From the NCBI GenBank assembly GCA_013239625.1, contig MU053881.1:6595957-6659956 (forward strand): a stretch of 64,000 nt of DNA, read 5' to 3'. The stretch comes from Lama guanicoe. Lineage: Eukaryota. Position 1 is the stretch's first letter. Every line of letters begins with the position of its first letter. The notes under the pieces are model-generated. The model saw nothing but the letters and a program-made list of their open reading frames with translations, was not told where the DNA came from and made no database searches. This document shows, in pieces, positions 24,096-38,100 of this stretch. The position numbers were made by a program, and so were the translations under genes.

Positions 24096-26554
24096 AGTTA
24101 TTATTCATAGAAAGAGCTATTTTCGTATTGTTATCCTAGTTTTTATCCATATGCTCCAGGAGATCGTAATCAGCTGGGTTCCTTGGAGAAGCCATAGACT
24201 TGAGTCTGTACACAAAGTGTGAAGGTTTGCATCTGGGGAGAGAAAGGAATACAATTTCAGGTTTGGGGACTGGTCTTTCTTTGGAAACTTCTGAGTGCTT
24301 GAACTTCTAGCCACAAGTCTTCCTTCCAGACAAACGTTTTCAGCCGAGTCTGATTTGCCACTGCTTAAACTTCATTTAAGTTTCTGCTCCCCAGCAATCG
24401 GAAAATGAAATTCTCTTTTAGCTAGCTACTTCTGCTGCTCTCAGCTTGCTTTTTGCTGTGTAACCTGAAGTAAACAGAGGTGTCCTGTGGTGCAGTGTCC
24501 CCCAGGATCGAAGCAGTTCTCTTAGTTAACTGAAAACACAGGTGCAATGCTGCGTTCGCGTTCACTCGACTCCACAGGGCTGGATGCTGGCATGTGGGTT
24601 TCCGCGTGGTTCCCCCGGTAATGTACTGTCTACATCTCATCTGGATAAACTAATTTGGTAGGAGCCTCATCTTCCGGAATGTTCCGCGGCAGTTGGTATA
24701 AAAATAATGCCAATAATTGCACCTAGAGTTTTCTTTTCCTTGAAAGGTGGACAAGAAATGAAAGAATCCCTCAGTGCACCATCTCAGAGCTCTCGATTCT
24801 ACCAGAAAGCAAACTGTTTTAACTGCAAGATGGTTGTGGTTCAGAGAGAAAATCATTACTATGCCCATCACTGGTCAAAATGGGAAAATTACTCCCGTGT
24901 TCTTTATCCTAGCCCATGATGATGATAATCATACAATAACAAAGGAATGATTTATGCCTCCCTCCCTCCCTCCCTTTTTTTCCCTTTCTCTCTCTCTCTC
25001 CTTTCTCAGATATTTACTGGGCCTGTGTTAGATGCTGTGCTCAGATGAAAAGGAAAAGCCTTTTGCATTAGGCAGTTCACAATGTCTAAAAAGTCCTCTA
25101 GGATTTCTAATTTGCAAAATTCTGTTTCACCTTTTAAATGACTTCTTCGCATATTGAGGTTTCTCAACAAATATTTGTTACAAAATACCGTGCCACTCTT
25201 TGTAATCAACTTTTAAATTAGAGTGCAGCATTATTTTCATTTTACAGAGAAGAAAACACGGGTAACTGTTGTCGGTGGACATTTATTTGTAAATAAAGCC
25301 AGTGAGAAATGGCATTTAAATATCCACCAACACGTTTTAAATTGACCTCTTTTGCTTTTTCAAGAGAGATGCAGGCTCTGTCGGAATTCCCCACATTCTT
25401 TCCCTCCTTCTCTCCTTCCTTCCCTTCTCACCTTCACTGCTTTCTTCCTTCCTGCCTTCCTACCTTCCTCTCTCCAATATCATGTTCCCTCGGCACCAAG
25501 GGTACAACATGACTGAGATCAATCTCAACCACCAAGGAGTCTCCAGTCCAGTCTCCGCGCTGACACAGGGAACCACAGATGGGCACCAGTTCCAGCCAGC
25601 CTCGTCCCAAACCGAATGCATTTGACATGGCCTTCCTGGCACACAGAGCTTGACTTGCACTGCCTTCCACCCATTCCCTCGTCTATCTGTTTCCTCACAC
25701 GGACTGCTCCCCCTCTTCTCTGCCTGGCTAAAGCCAACCCACTCATCTTTCAGGGCTGAGCTGAACTCTTGTACTCTTCTGTCTCTGAATGCAGAGCACG
25801 TATTGGTCATTCATGTGCTTTGGGGGGAAATTTCTTGCTTTAATGTCTTGCCTTGCTAATTAACTCTCAGTTACAATTTTCAGAGTTATTACTGAAGGAA
25901 GGCAGCGTGGCATAGACATGAGGACGGGGGTTTGAAGGCAGGCTTGGGTCCATTCATGTCTCTGACACTCACTAGCTAGATGACTTTCAAAGGACTTGAC
26001 CTTGCAGAGGCTTTGTTTTCTCACCTGTGAAATGAAGACAGTGGTGCTTCCTGAGTCTCAGGACAGCTCTGTTGGCCAGGAATACAAGGATTTTCCATAC
26101 ACTCTGGCAGGAGCATCCACCTTCGCTCCAGGAGCGTCCCCTCCTACCTGCTAAGGGATATACCTGTCCAGGACCTGACATGGGACGGTCCATGGACTGG
26201 GCTTGCAAAACTGTAGGGAGGGATGTTTATGTGTTTACCTACATAGTAGAACCCCAAATCCATTTTTTATGGGATCATAGAATATTAGGAGGGAAGTGTA
26301 AACCTGAGGAAGCATCCTCAGGAATTCTCCAGTGACTACAGATTCTCAGCCCTGTAACACCTGGGAGATGACACATTCCTACTGCGGACAGTGGTCAAGG
26401 AAGCAACTCTTGCTTGATGATATGGGGAGTGAACTGGAGAGAGGGTTTCAGAATCTTCAAGAGGCAGCTGGGTGTGATTAGGAAAAGTTCCCCAAGTGAT
26501 TTATCTGTGTGTTTTTCCCTCATTAGAACCAGTGCCCTCTAACTCCTTTAAAAT

Positions 26555-27365
26555 GTATTATAAAATATTTCAGACATAGAAAGAGGAATAAAAAAATAAT
26601 CTGATGAATACTCATATACTCATCTTAGGAAGTAAAGTTATACCGCTAGAGTTAAGCCCATGTACCCTGCTTTGATCATAACCCCTTTTCCCCCCAAAGT
26701 AATCATATCCTGAATTTGGTGATTTTCATTTCCATGCATTTCTTTTTAGTTTACTGCATACATATATAAATGTATATTTTTTAAATAGTATATAGCATCA
26801 CTTCACATGGTACTAAACATTACATAGAATCGTATAACATGCAGACTTCTGCAATTTGCTTTTATTTTTTCGCTCAAACCTATGTTCAGGAACTTAATCC
26901 ACGTTGACAAATGAAACTGCAGTTCATTCATTTTCACTGTTTCATTATATTCCATTCCGTGGCTATGTCATGATAAATACACCCTTCAACCGTGAGTAGG
27001 CACTTTTCTGCTATTGCAAACCTCGTGGCTCTGATCATTATTGAGCACGCTTCTGATGCATATTTGCAAGAGTTCCTTTTGGGTAGTGGTTCCCAGGGGA
27101 CACTTCTCAATGTCTGGAGACGTTTTTGGTTCTCGCAACTGAGGATGCTACTGGAATCCAGGGATGCTGCTAAATATCCTCCAAGGCTCAGAACATCCCT
27201 CCCAACAAAGAACTCTGTCCCAAAATATCAAGAATGTGGAGGTGGAGAAAGCCTGCTTTAGAGGAGGATTAGAACCGCTATGTCACAGGATGTGTGCATC
27301 TTCCACTTAAATATTGCTAAATTATTTTCCAAAGCGGTTGTATTAATTTATACCCAAACCAGAGA
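26555..27365 (-). mobile_element. Old L1M fragment containing a MER20 insertion
   Basis: ttctgcaatttgcttt...cagttcattcattttcactg...tattccatt...ttttccaaagcggttgtattaatttatac. Confidence 0.6.
27084..27256 (+). mobile_element. MER20 (hAT-Charlie)
   Basis: caggggacac...aatgtctggagacgtttttggtt...ccagggatgctgctaaatatcct...caacaaagaa...gagaaagcctg. Confidence 0.8.
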
Positions 27366-27634
27366 CATGTGTAAGAACTACCACTCACCCCCATTTTATA
27401 GATTAAAAACCTGAGGCCTGGGAGGGGTGTGGAGTGACTTGGACAAAGGTATGGAATTATAAGGACATTAATAAAACTTTGACAAAGACATGATGCTATG
27501 TTTCCTCAGAGAGGACATATTAAAGGAAGATAAACCTAGTCCTTCAATGCAAGAGACATAAAGTGTCTATTATATATCAGGAACTAATCTTTACACTCAT
27601 TTCCTTTAATCTTGCAAAACTGTAACAAGTTACT

Positions 27635-27975
27635 ATAGCACAGCACACTTAACAGCACTGGCTTTGAAGTCAGATAGACCTGGAGTTGGGTCCCTGAACA
27701 GTTACTAAGCCCTGTGCCTTGAGAAAGTTAACTTGACTGCTCTAAGCTTCAGTTTCCTTACCTGTAAAATGGGGATCTCAATAGTACCTACGTCATACTG
27801 TTGTTAAGACGGAAACAATGTAACAGGTCATCCATAAATATTAGCTATCATCGGCATCATCGTTATCATTTAATAGATGATCAGGAATAGAGCCTCTGAG
27901 TTAAAGTAAGTTGCAAAAGGTCAGAGCTGGTAGGTGGTGAACTAGAATTTGAACTCAGGTCTGTCTAACTCTACA
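27635..27975. mobile_element. MIR SINE fragments in opposite orientations
   Basis: ctggctttgaagtcagatagacctgg...ttcagtttccttacctgtaaaatgggga, then aggtcagagctggtaggtgg...gaatttgaactcaggtctgtct. Confidence 0.7.
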
Positions 27976-29451
27976 GTCTGTCTCATTTTAACTGTGTCAT
28001 GATGGCTCCCTAAGAGGGGAGAACTCCTAGCACCCCCCCAACTATATTGAACTTTTTGGGGGTGGAAGGTGGGTGCAGCCCATATGATTGACTAGAAGTC
28101 AGACTTTGTCAAATACTTTTAAATAACAAATTTAAATGGTTTCATGAATATTTAGTAACTCAACTAAGTAAAACAAATGCTGCTAAGACATCAGCCCCCT
28201 GGGGCCCTGCTGTAATAGATAGACAAGGATGATCTGTAATTAGAATATGGACCGCATGCAAATGGTGGGTCTACAGAGCAGGAAAACAATTCACTCTCTT
28301 ACAGATTATGAGTATCTCCCTTACCCTATTATTGCTATTAACCAGCCCATCCCTGAAGACAAACCAACTGAAACCTATCACCTCTGCAAAGGACCACAAA
28401 TTTCAAATTAGTGGTGTCAGAATGAACAATGCTTGCCTTCCCACACCCTATTTGCAAATCATGTCCTCCAATTTCCCGCCCCCCACCCCCTTTCCTCCTG
28501 GGAAGACATTTGTCTTCAGAGGCTGGCAATGAGGCATTTGCCATTACATACATTATGACATATTTTACATATGCTCCAAGAAGCCGGAGCTAAATTACAC
28601 TGGTGAGTTATTAAAAACAGCTCTCAATGCTATTATTATTTATTGCATTTCCAACTCTCTGCAGCAGCTGATTACACTGCTTAATCTTGTGGGGTTTTTT
28701 TTTAAATTCCCCACCCTGAAATTAATTCTCCCTGCAATGAATAAGCAAGGTCAGCTATATCAAACACCCTTTGGAAAAGAAAGTTTGCATTCTGGAAAGC
28801 AGTTTGATTGACAGCCCTGGGATTGGGCCTCTGTTTCCTCAGAAGAGGAAATTTCTCATGAAATATGAACATCTCTTCTCCAAAGTGTTTCCAGAGGGAG
28901 TTCTCCAAATCACAGGTCTCAGTCCCTTCCATGCAGTGTCCTCTGCCATCTTTGGCTGTCATTGAAAGTCCTTGGTGATCTGGCCCCTCCCTGCCTTCCA
29001 GCCCTGCCTTTCCATCCAGGGCACAGTCATCACAGGGACTTGTGTTTCCTCCAGTGCCAGGCTCTGCTTTCTCGGCTTTCCTACCTGCTTGTTCTGTCAC
29101 CTGAAATTCTGCCTCCACCCTTGTTTCTTTTCCCGACACCTTTTCTTTTCAGACTTAGCTTAGGAAATACCTCTTTTGGGAAGCCTCCCCAGTGGGAAAC
29201 GGAAGCGTTTCTCACCTGTTTCCACGAAACCCTGCATTGACGTCTGTTGTAGCACTTGGGACACCGTATTGTCATTGTGTATTTATGTATCTGTTTCTTG
29301 TCACACAGTGGGCTGCTTGAGAGCAAGGGTAGATCTTAGTTTAAGCTCCCATCATAAAGCCTTGCCCAAGTGCTTCAGAAATAAGAAATCTCAAAATGGA
29401 AGCAGGGTAATGGAGTGGAAAGAGCCAAAACTCTTGAATTAAGCATTTATC

Positions 29452-30010
29452 CAATCAATCATTCATTCATTAATAAATATTTATTGACTGTCTGTTATGA
29501 GTCAGTCACTGCTAAGCACTAGAAATACAATGATTGGAAATCAATGGTTATAGTCCTAATGGCCTAATGAAGGACAGGTACATGACTCAAATAATAGTGC
29601 AAACATACTCAGAAGCTGCGATAGTGCTATAAAGGAAAAATGCTCCAGGCTAGAACAACATAAACATAGGACCCAACCCAGGCTGGAGTTGGTGTAGGGA
29701 GTTTCATCAAGGATGCCTTCCTTGAGGAAGTGATGATTGAGCTAAGAGCTAAAGGATCATTAGGCATTCACTAGATGACAGGTAGGGCAAGAACATTTAA
29801 GGAAACAGGGACAGCACGTGCAAAGGTCCTGGGGTGAGTGGGAGCCTGAGTGTTGAAGAGGTGTTTGGGAACTGACTGAAAGCCAGTGGGAATGGGCAGG
29901 GGTGGAGGGTGTGGTGACAGAAAGGGCTGGGAGGCACTCCAGGGTCAGGCCATGCAGTCTTGTAGACTGTGGATTTGTTTATCCTGGGCACAGTGGGTTT
30001 TAAGCCAAGG
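29452..30010 (-). mobile_element. L2 fragment
   Basis: attcattcattaataaatatttattgac...ttccttgaggaagtgatgattgagctaag...cagcacgtgcaaaggtcctgggg. Confidence 0.7.
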
Positions 30011-30023
30011 AACAACATCATGA

Positions 30024-30047
30024 GTGTGTGTGTGTGTGTGTGTGTGT
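30024..30047. repeat. (GT)12 microsatellite
   Basis: Direct reading. Confidence 0.95.
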
Positions 30048-32884
30048 ATTGTATTTTATAATGTTTGCAGTGTAGAGAACATAATAGAAGATAACAAAGT
30101 ACACAGAGACTGTGGGGTATGTACCTGCAGACTGCCTCAGATAACACAATGGTGGCAAGGCAGAGAACCACATGGAGATGGGAAGTCTTCCAGAGGTCCT
30201 CACAGAGATAGCTTGACCAGCTGTCAGGGTCCTAGGCCTGCTGCAAGATGTCTCCCTTCCAGAGCAGAAGAACATACTGGCGAAGGGGCTAGCTGGTTTA
30301 GGGGCCACAGTTTTAGAGCTCAGCTCCCAGGGGCTGTCATACTTGAGCTGAAGCTGGCTCTGTAATTTATCTTTATGCCTCTAGGATAAAGAGGTCAGAG
30401 AACTAGAGTTTACCTCTTGGTTATAAGTTCTGCCTCTAAGAACTTAGAAGTTCTTGGAAGGGTTAGTGTCTCTCAGCTGTTGAAAAGGAGATGAAATCTG
30501 GCCCAGGCACTGTCACAGAATTTTGCTCTTTCAGTTCTTTGGCTGCTGAATTGGAGCCCCAGGCAAACCCTGCTTTCCTCTCTCCCGATTTAATTGGCCC
30601 ATTATTTTAAACTTTTGTAGATAAGGGAATAAAAAAGTCAGTGGAATATTATATTCATCACATTCAAATTAATACACTTCATTACCATAAAGACAAGGAG
30701 TGTGGTCGCAATATTTTCTCAAAACTTTTAATTGAACAGAACATGGGAGGGGGGGAAGCGAAAACGGAAACCACCAAGCTCAGATGTTGTTTTTCACTTT
30801 CTCAGAACGTGTGCTGTTTGTGATCCACTCATCTCATTAGCGTTAACTATGAACTAAAATAAAATGGCATTTAACACTGTGCTGAGACTTTAATTAAAGC
30901 CAAACCTTCGTACCCAGGCACTCTCTGAAGTCCAAGGTAGTTATTCTAAAAGGGTATAAACTTCTGCCGGGCCATCGGTGTACCTATACCCTCTCCATCC
31001 CCTGCTGTGTGAAGGCTGCTACTTCTGGAAAACATCCACCCATCCAGCTCTTCAACAAATAAACTTTTACTTTAACGTTTAAACTTTAAGGCAATTTCAG
31101 GGGAAGAAGACAAATATCTGTTAAGTACCACTAATATTTATCCCTTTAAATGCATTATCTGAAGCCTAATATCACACCAGTAATACAGTGAACATTCAAG
31201 TAAGTGTAGTTAGTAGTCCTGTATACATTATCTCATTTAATCATCAAAACAGCCCCACAAGACGGGGACAGATTATTATTATATCTATTTTACAGGAAGT
31301 AAAAGTGAGTTCCAGAGAGATTAGGCAACTTGCCCAAAGTCATATTCATTCCAGGTCTTCCTGCTTACAATGCTGAGCTATACAGGGTATTCTGGACTCT
31401 CTACATTTGTTCATTCATTCATTCATTCGACAAACACTGATCACCCACTTTGCACCAGGATCTATGCTAGAGGCTGGAGAGAGCTCAGTCCCATTGCTCA
31501 CAGGGTCAGTGAGGTAGGCAGACAATTGGATGGAGATGACAGGTCAGTGTGATGGGTGCTGAGAAAGAGAAGCAGAAGCTGGGAGAGCTGACACAGGGGC
31601 ACCAAGTCCAGGCTGGGAATCCAGGAAGGGATCTCCGAGGAGGTAAGACGAGTGGAAAAGTTTCATCCAGGTTTCCTACAGAAGGACCCAGTCAGAAGGG
31701 TGGCCTCATAGCTCTTCTTCCAGGGATTCCGGCAACCCCAAGCCCAGCTGCCCAGCAGCAAATATGGCATGGTGCTCAACCAGCCAGACTTCAAGTGGGC
31801 CTCCATTAAATACCCGGAAACTATTCCCACATAGCATGCCGACGACTGACCACAGTCATCTGGGCTGCCTGGCAACAGACTCTGGGGATAACGTTGAAAC
31901 ATCAGTGCCTGGCATAGACTAGGCACTAGTATGTGTTTGTATTCCCGCCACCCCACCCATCATGATTCCCCAGCTCTGGTTCCTGGGTTCTGATACCTTA
32001 ACTGGGATCCTCCCCTGCATCCCACAGTCTCTTTATTTGAAGGAAAAATCAACACAGGAGAGTAATCACTGATACGGTCCAGGATTCAGGGATTTCTAGG
32101 ACTGACTCATTGCTTAACGACAAGGGAGGAGGCGGTGGCCCAGACCAGGGCAAGCCACCTGCCCGATGTCAAACAACAGAACCAGAACCTGGACCCAGGA
32201 TTCTTGACTTCAGTTTGGTGGTGTTTCCCTTTTCCTAACCCAGCCCAGTGGGGAACCTTTTAGGAGATTCTCTTACACCAGGGGGGAGGTCAGGATGCTA
32301 CAGAAAGTGATTCTTGCCCATAAGTTAGCTTCCTGTTTGCCCAACTTCGCCTTACCCCCACTCCTCCTCTCCCCAGGGGCCGTGCTGCATTGGGACTCTG
32401 TCTGTGACTTGCCTGATCAGCTCAGTACTTGGCCCCTCAGAGGTTTCTCTTCTTAAGCTTCATCTTTGGGGAAAAGGGAAGCAATCAAGGAAAGGCATAT
32501 ACTGCTTTGGGCATCCCCACATCTATTCCCTGTGATTATGTTTTTAGGGGTGAAGCCTGTGACTCAAAGTGGCCAGCTGGATCCTAGGGCCCTCTCAGTC
32601 ACAGTGATTAGTTCAGGGAAGGGCATAGAGCTCGATCACAACCAGCAAGATGCTATGAACCTTTGGTGTTTGGTTACACAAGACAATAAATTCCCTTTAA
32701 CTTAAGCAATTTTAGGATAGTTTTTCTGTTAACTTGCAACCTAGAGAGTTCTGAATGATGAAATAATAAAAATAGTAACTAATGTGAACCGAGTGCTTAT
32801 CTGTGCCAGGTACTGTTTTGAGTTCTTACTTTTGTGAACTTAACCTAGTACTCATAGCAATCTTACAAATATGTAATGTTACTG

Positions 32885-33118
32885 TTTTTTGTATATATCC
32901 ATTTATTGAAGTGTAGTCAGTTTACCATGTTGTGTCAATTTCTGGTGTACAGCATAAAGTTTCAGTCATACATGAGCATACATCTATTCGTTTTCATATT
33001 CTTTTTCACCATAAGTTACCACAAGATATTGAATATAGTTCCCTGTGCTATACAGTATGAACTTGTTGTTTATATATTTTATACATATGAGCATCTGAAA
33101 ATCTCAAACTCCCAATTT
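32885..33118 (-). mobile_element. Young L1 3' end inserted in a MIR
   Basis: tttattgaagtgtagtcagtttac...ttctggtgtacagcat...gatattgaatatagttccctgtgctatacag. Confidence 0.85.
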
Positions 33119-34019
33119 ATGTTGTTGTTCTTAATTAGACCTGGTGAGGTTAAACAACTTACTGGATAAAGGAGACCCGGCAGGTAGGTGATGGATCTGG
33201 GATTTGAATCTGGGCAGCCCAGCTCTAAAGCCCGCATTCTTGACAACAATGCAATACTGCCCTTAGGAGTATATTCTTTTCAGTTAAACCCCAAGGGCCC
33301 TCTTTCCCATTTGCTGGTCTTGTAGAGAGACAGTTCCTCACCCGTCTGCCCAAATTCTTGGGAAGACCCAGGTCAATTTCATGATGTCTCCGTGTAGAAG
33401 GCATTTACTTGTGCAGATACAACCCTCCAGGAGGCCTGCCCACCGTGCTATGCCTGCTCTTCTATTATTAGAGGGTGTGTCTTCTGGATTATTAATAATA
33501 ATTGTAATTTAAATAATAATAGCTTTTACATGTTGAATACCTGCTATGTCCCAGGACTTCTTTAGAGCACTTTGTACACATTATCTCATTTAATCCTTAG
33601 AAAAGAGGAAAGTGAGGTCAACTGCAGTGCCCAAGGTCACTGAACTAGGAAGTATGCTTGTCCTCAGAGCCTGCTAGAGGACACACCCTGACTCCTGGGC
33701 CTCTTGGCCCTCTGGCCAGCCAGAGGGAGAAGTGGGCAGAGGACAAGTGAACGGGCAACCCAAGAAAGGCCAAAATGACTCACCTGCTCCAACCACAGCT
33801 GTGGGGCAGGGAGGCAAACCAGTTCCCCACTCCCTGGGGGTGTCCTTTGGTCTGATGGAGAAGATCCAGAGTGAAAATACAGAAAGGACTTCTCAAGGGC
33901 CAGCAACTAGCAAAAGAGACCAGGGAGAAATACCCTAGAAAATGAGCTGTGGCTTTCCCTGCTCTTGGGTTATTAGGGGTACTTACTGTCATCCCTGTTC
34001 TCTCATAGAGTTGCTAAAT

Positions 34020-35100
34020 TATCCAGAACCAGCATGACTTACTTTTATACTCATAAAGAAAATGAAACAAAATAACAACTCATTATGAAAATTAAGATAG
34101 GATTCTCCAATAAAAAGGAGTCCAGGTTCCTTGGAGAAATGGCTGATTCCAGGGCTGGGGCAGGAAACACACAAAATGAGCCTAGGGCACCTCGTATTGC
34201 CAGAAAGTAAGGAAGTGCTCAAAAAACAAACAAAAAACCGTGCAATGATGGAGGTATGTCAAAGACACACAGGAACCAAATGAAAGAGCTCCCGATGGTG
34301 AAAGGCAGAACAATTTGAGCAACAACAACAACAAAAAGGTAAAATAATACTGGGTTATAGCCCAAAGCATACACAGACATATCCACGAGGCCATACGAAT
34401 AAGAACAAGTCTCTTGTGCAGAGCTCAAAATCATTTGTGCAGGTACTCCACCATCAAGGAAGTGGAGCCTAACTCCCCAGTCCTTAGGTGCAGACTATGC
34501 ATAGGGGCTTCCTTCCAGAGGACGGTTTGGAAGAGGGGAGGGAGAGAAGCTTTACAGAGGAGAAACCTGACAAACACCACCTCTGCCAGGCGACCAAGGT
34601 CAACATCACAGCGGTCAGCCTTGCTGCCTGACCGTATCCTTGACACGATGTGATGTGAATGGCACTTCACCTCTGTGGTCTTCCTCCCCAAACCTACAAC
34701 CTCAGCCTAAGCACGAGGAAAACTCTAGATAAAACCCAACTGCAGGATATTCTACAAAACTGCACGTAACTCCTCAAAACTGGCAAGGTCGGGGAAAGTC
34801 CAAGGAACTGTCCCAGCCAAGAGGAGTCCGAGGAGACATGGCAACTAAGCGTAATGTGGTAGCCTGGGTGGGAGTCCTGGAACAGAAAAAGGGCATTAAG
34901 TAAAAACTAAGGAAATCTGAATTAAGTATGGATTTCAGTTAATAATAATGTAGCAATATCGGTTCATTAATTGTGACAGTGCGAAGGTGAGATGTTAATA
35001 CTAGGGGAAGCTGGGTGTGGAGCATATGGGAACGCTCTGATTTTTGCAATTTTTCTCTAAATCTAAAACTATTCTAAAATGAAGAGTTTATTTTAAAAAA
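34020..35100 (+). mobile_element. L1MD-like 3' region
   Basis: atgagcctagggcacctcgtattgccagaaagtaaggaagtgctcaaaaaac...ggaacagaaaaagggcattaag...tctaaatctaaaactattctaaaa. Confidence 0.75.
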
Positions 35101-38100
35101 TTAGGGGGAGGGAGTGGCAGCGGCAGAGGATGTATGTTACAGAGACTCCGAATGATCGCACTGCCCCAGCTGCAACTCGGCTGGAAGGAGAAACTGCTTA
35201 ACTCCCGGGGACTTTTACTTTGCCTTTTTTTCCCTTTCCTTGGAAAAATCTAGATGTCTGTAAATAAGTCTGTTTGCGGGACTGGAAGGGAACAGGGTTA
35301 TTGTCTCTAACTGGCCTTCCCCAAGTCCCACAGAGCTCTCCTGGCAGTTAAATTCATTAACTTGGTATTTTCTAATGATTAACACTGATCAATAATCTGC
35401 TGGGTCTGGTCCTTAAATCAATTGCCCCATTAATGAGAATGAAAGCACCATTTTATTATCAAGCCCTGGACCTTCTGCGGAAAAGGCTTCTGGGGTTTTG
35501 GGCCTCCACTCCCTCTGCTGCATATCAGGTTAATTAAAACTCCTACCCAGGTCCCCAAGCACCATGCTTGTGACTTGCAACAAAATTAGCTGGAGGGAAA
35601 GACTTCTAGAAAAATGAATTAGATATTTTCACTCAGCGGGACACTCCGTTAGTGAGTCAACTAAATTTTACTGAGAACCTACTAAGTGCTCTGGTCTCTG
35701 CTCAAATGCCCCCTCTTTAGACGGACTCCCTCCTTACCACTTTATCTAAAACGTCACTGCCGACATGTTCTCTGGCCATGTAGAGCACTGATCACTACTT
35801 GATATTATATTTAATATGTTTGTCCACTGTTGTTTCTTGTTTCGTTCCCCCACTAAACTGAAAGCCCCGTGAGAGATTAATTCTAAAGGTGATGGAGGGT
35901 GATGAAAAGAAGTTGCATGGTGGGACTTGTGTTTTGGGAAGATGACTGGGTGTGGACAGGATTGGAGGAAGGTATAGACAGAGTCAGAGGAGGGTACAGA
36001 CAAGATTGGAGGAGAGGGCAAGAGTGAATGCACAAGGCCTGTGGGGGGCAGTTCAGAGATCTGGTGAGACTGCCTGGTGTTGCTGGGAGAGAGAGGAAGG
36101 TTATTGAGGATTCTAGGAGCTAGAGGAGACAGGACTTGTGACATGACTGGGTAAGCGTGGAGAAGACTGAGATTTCAAGGATGACTCTCAGGTGTCTGGC
36201 TTGGGTACCAGTCTACTGAGGCTGGGACACCAGGGAAGGACACATGGAAGAGATGAGCTGAGATCAGATGTTGTCATATTTCCTAGTAAAGGGGTATTTG
36301 ATGTGGAATCCGGAAAATTCTCTTTCTGTTCTTCTAACCCTTGTGAGAAGTGCTCCCAACTCCTTATCTTCTATAGGAGAAACCCTAGAGACTGGGGCTG
36401 AAATCCCCAGTAGCTGGCCCGTGTATGTGCTGGGTGGGGAGAGAGGGCTGGTGGGAGTGAGGGGTGGGTGGGGTGGGAGATAAGGCTCAAGCTGCCTCTC
36501 TCCTGGCTCCTGCTGAAATGTGGTATGTGCACAACTTCATCTGGACCCCTCGGGTCGGCGTGGTGGGATGAGCAAGTGGGTAGGAGTGCCATACGTGCTT
36601 TTCTGTTGAATTGCAAAGGGACGAGGAGGCTGTAGTATAGGGTGGGAGCGCCATAACCCATGTGCCTTTTTAGCCTCAGCCCCTTCTTACCCCAGAGCTC
36701 AGGGTCCTCTGCTGGGTCAGGGAATGCAGCTGCTGAAGGCTCCAGGTGGAGGCGCAGGGCCCACACCCAACCACACTGCTGACAGTCTCAAGACTTCCCT
36801 ACTCCTGCTTTACCCAGAGAAACCATGGATGTGACCATGATGCACTAATTCCCAGAATGTTGGAGTTAGCAGGATCTTAAATGCCATCTAGCATCAACCC
36901 CTTATTTATAGGCCAGGAGGAGGCGGACAGGCCTTGGACAAGGTCAGACAGGAGAGTTGTGATGGATGTGACGTTCCAAGTCATGTATGTCACTGTACAC
37001 ACATGGACAAATACTCTTTTCTCCCCACATCCACAGACACACACTCTCAGGGAGACACACACACGCACACAGACCCACCCATGGGCTCCCTCTGTGTACC
37101 TCACACCATGGACAACCCCCAGAGGTGTACCTCCAGCCTTGTGTGACCCCTCCTCTGAGCTCCAGGCTCATATCATCAGCTGTCTGCTCAGTATCTGCAC
37201 CTAGATGGCTAATCGGGAGATGGAACGTAACAGGTCCAAAGCCAAAACATTGACATCTGTCTTATCAAACCTGCCCCTAAAGTAAATCTTCCAGGAGATG
37301 GCAGTTGCATCATGCCGAAAACCTAGATGTCACCCGAGAGTCTTTTCTCTCCTTCGCCCTTCCAGTCTCCATGCAAGTGCTCAAGGGGACCTGTTGGCTC
37401 CATCTCTAAAATACGTCACAAATCCCTATTGGTTAATTCCAGTCAGTTCTCTAGCGAAGTGTGCTTCCTCTGTGAACAGTTAGCCTGTGCTGGTTCCATG
37501 TCCAGGACACGCTGTAAAGAAGGAGCAGGGGGCAGCCAAGGGCAGGGGTCCCTGAACTCTGCTGGGTGTGGTGGGCATAGCTGGGGCCCCACTCTGGTGG
37601 GGCTCTGGGGACCACGTGAGGAGGAGGCAGGAGAGAGCCTGTCCCACCCTCACCTCTCAGATTCTCTGGTCTAGAGGCAGGCACCAAGCGCAGGGCTGAA
37701 ATCCACATATGGAACAAGAAAGCTGGGGCAGAGGCGAGAGCTCTGGGCCGGAGTCCTGATCTCTCAGGCTGGGTCTTTAGCTGCCACCCGGCTAGTTGGG
37801 GAGGAACATAAAGGCCAGTCTCCGTGAACTGGCATTATGCTCTCAACCCCAGTTGGCCCCGCCCTGTGATTTACTTTAAGCAGACAAATGACTGCTTTGT
37901 CTAACAATCATTCCCCTTTAAATATGAAGGGGGAAATGTTCCCTGTTTTCTTTGGTGTGGCTTTTATTATATCTCGAGGGCAAAGACTTCCAATTTAAAA
38001 ATGGAAATCAATGAGAAACATGATTGAATTTCGGAAACTCGGTTTTACAGCCAACACTTTTGGATTATGTCAGAAGTTCTGAAGGTTATACATAGATTTG

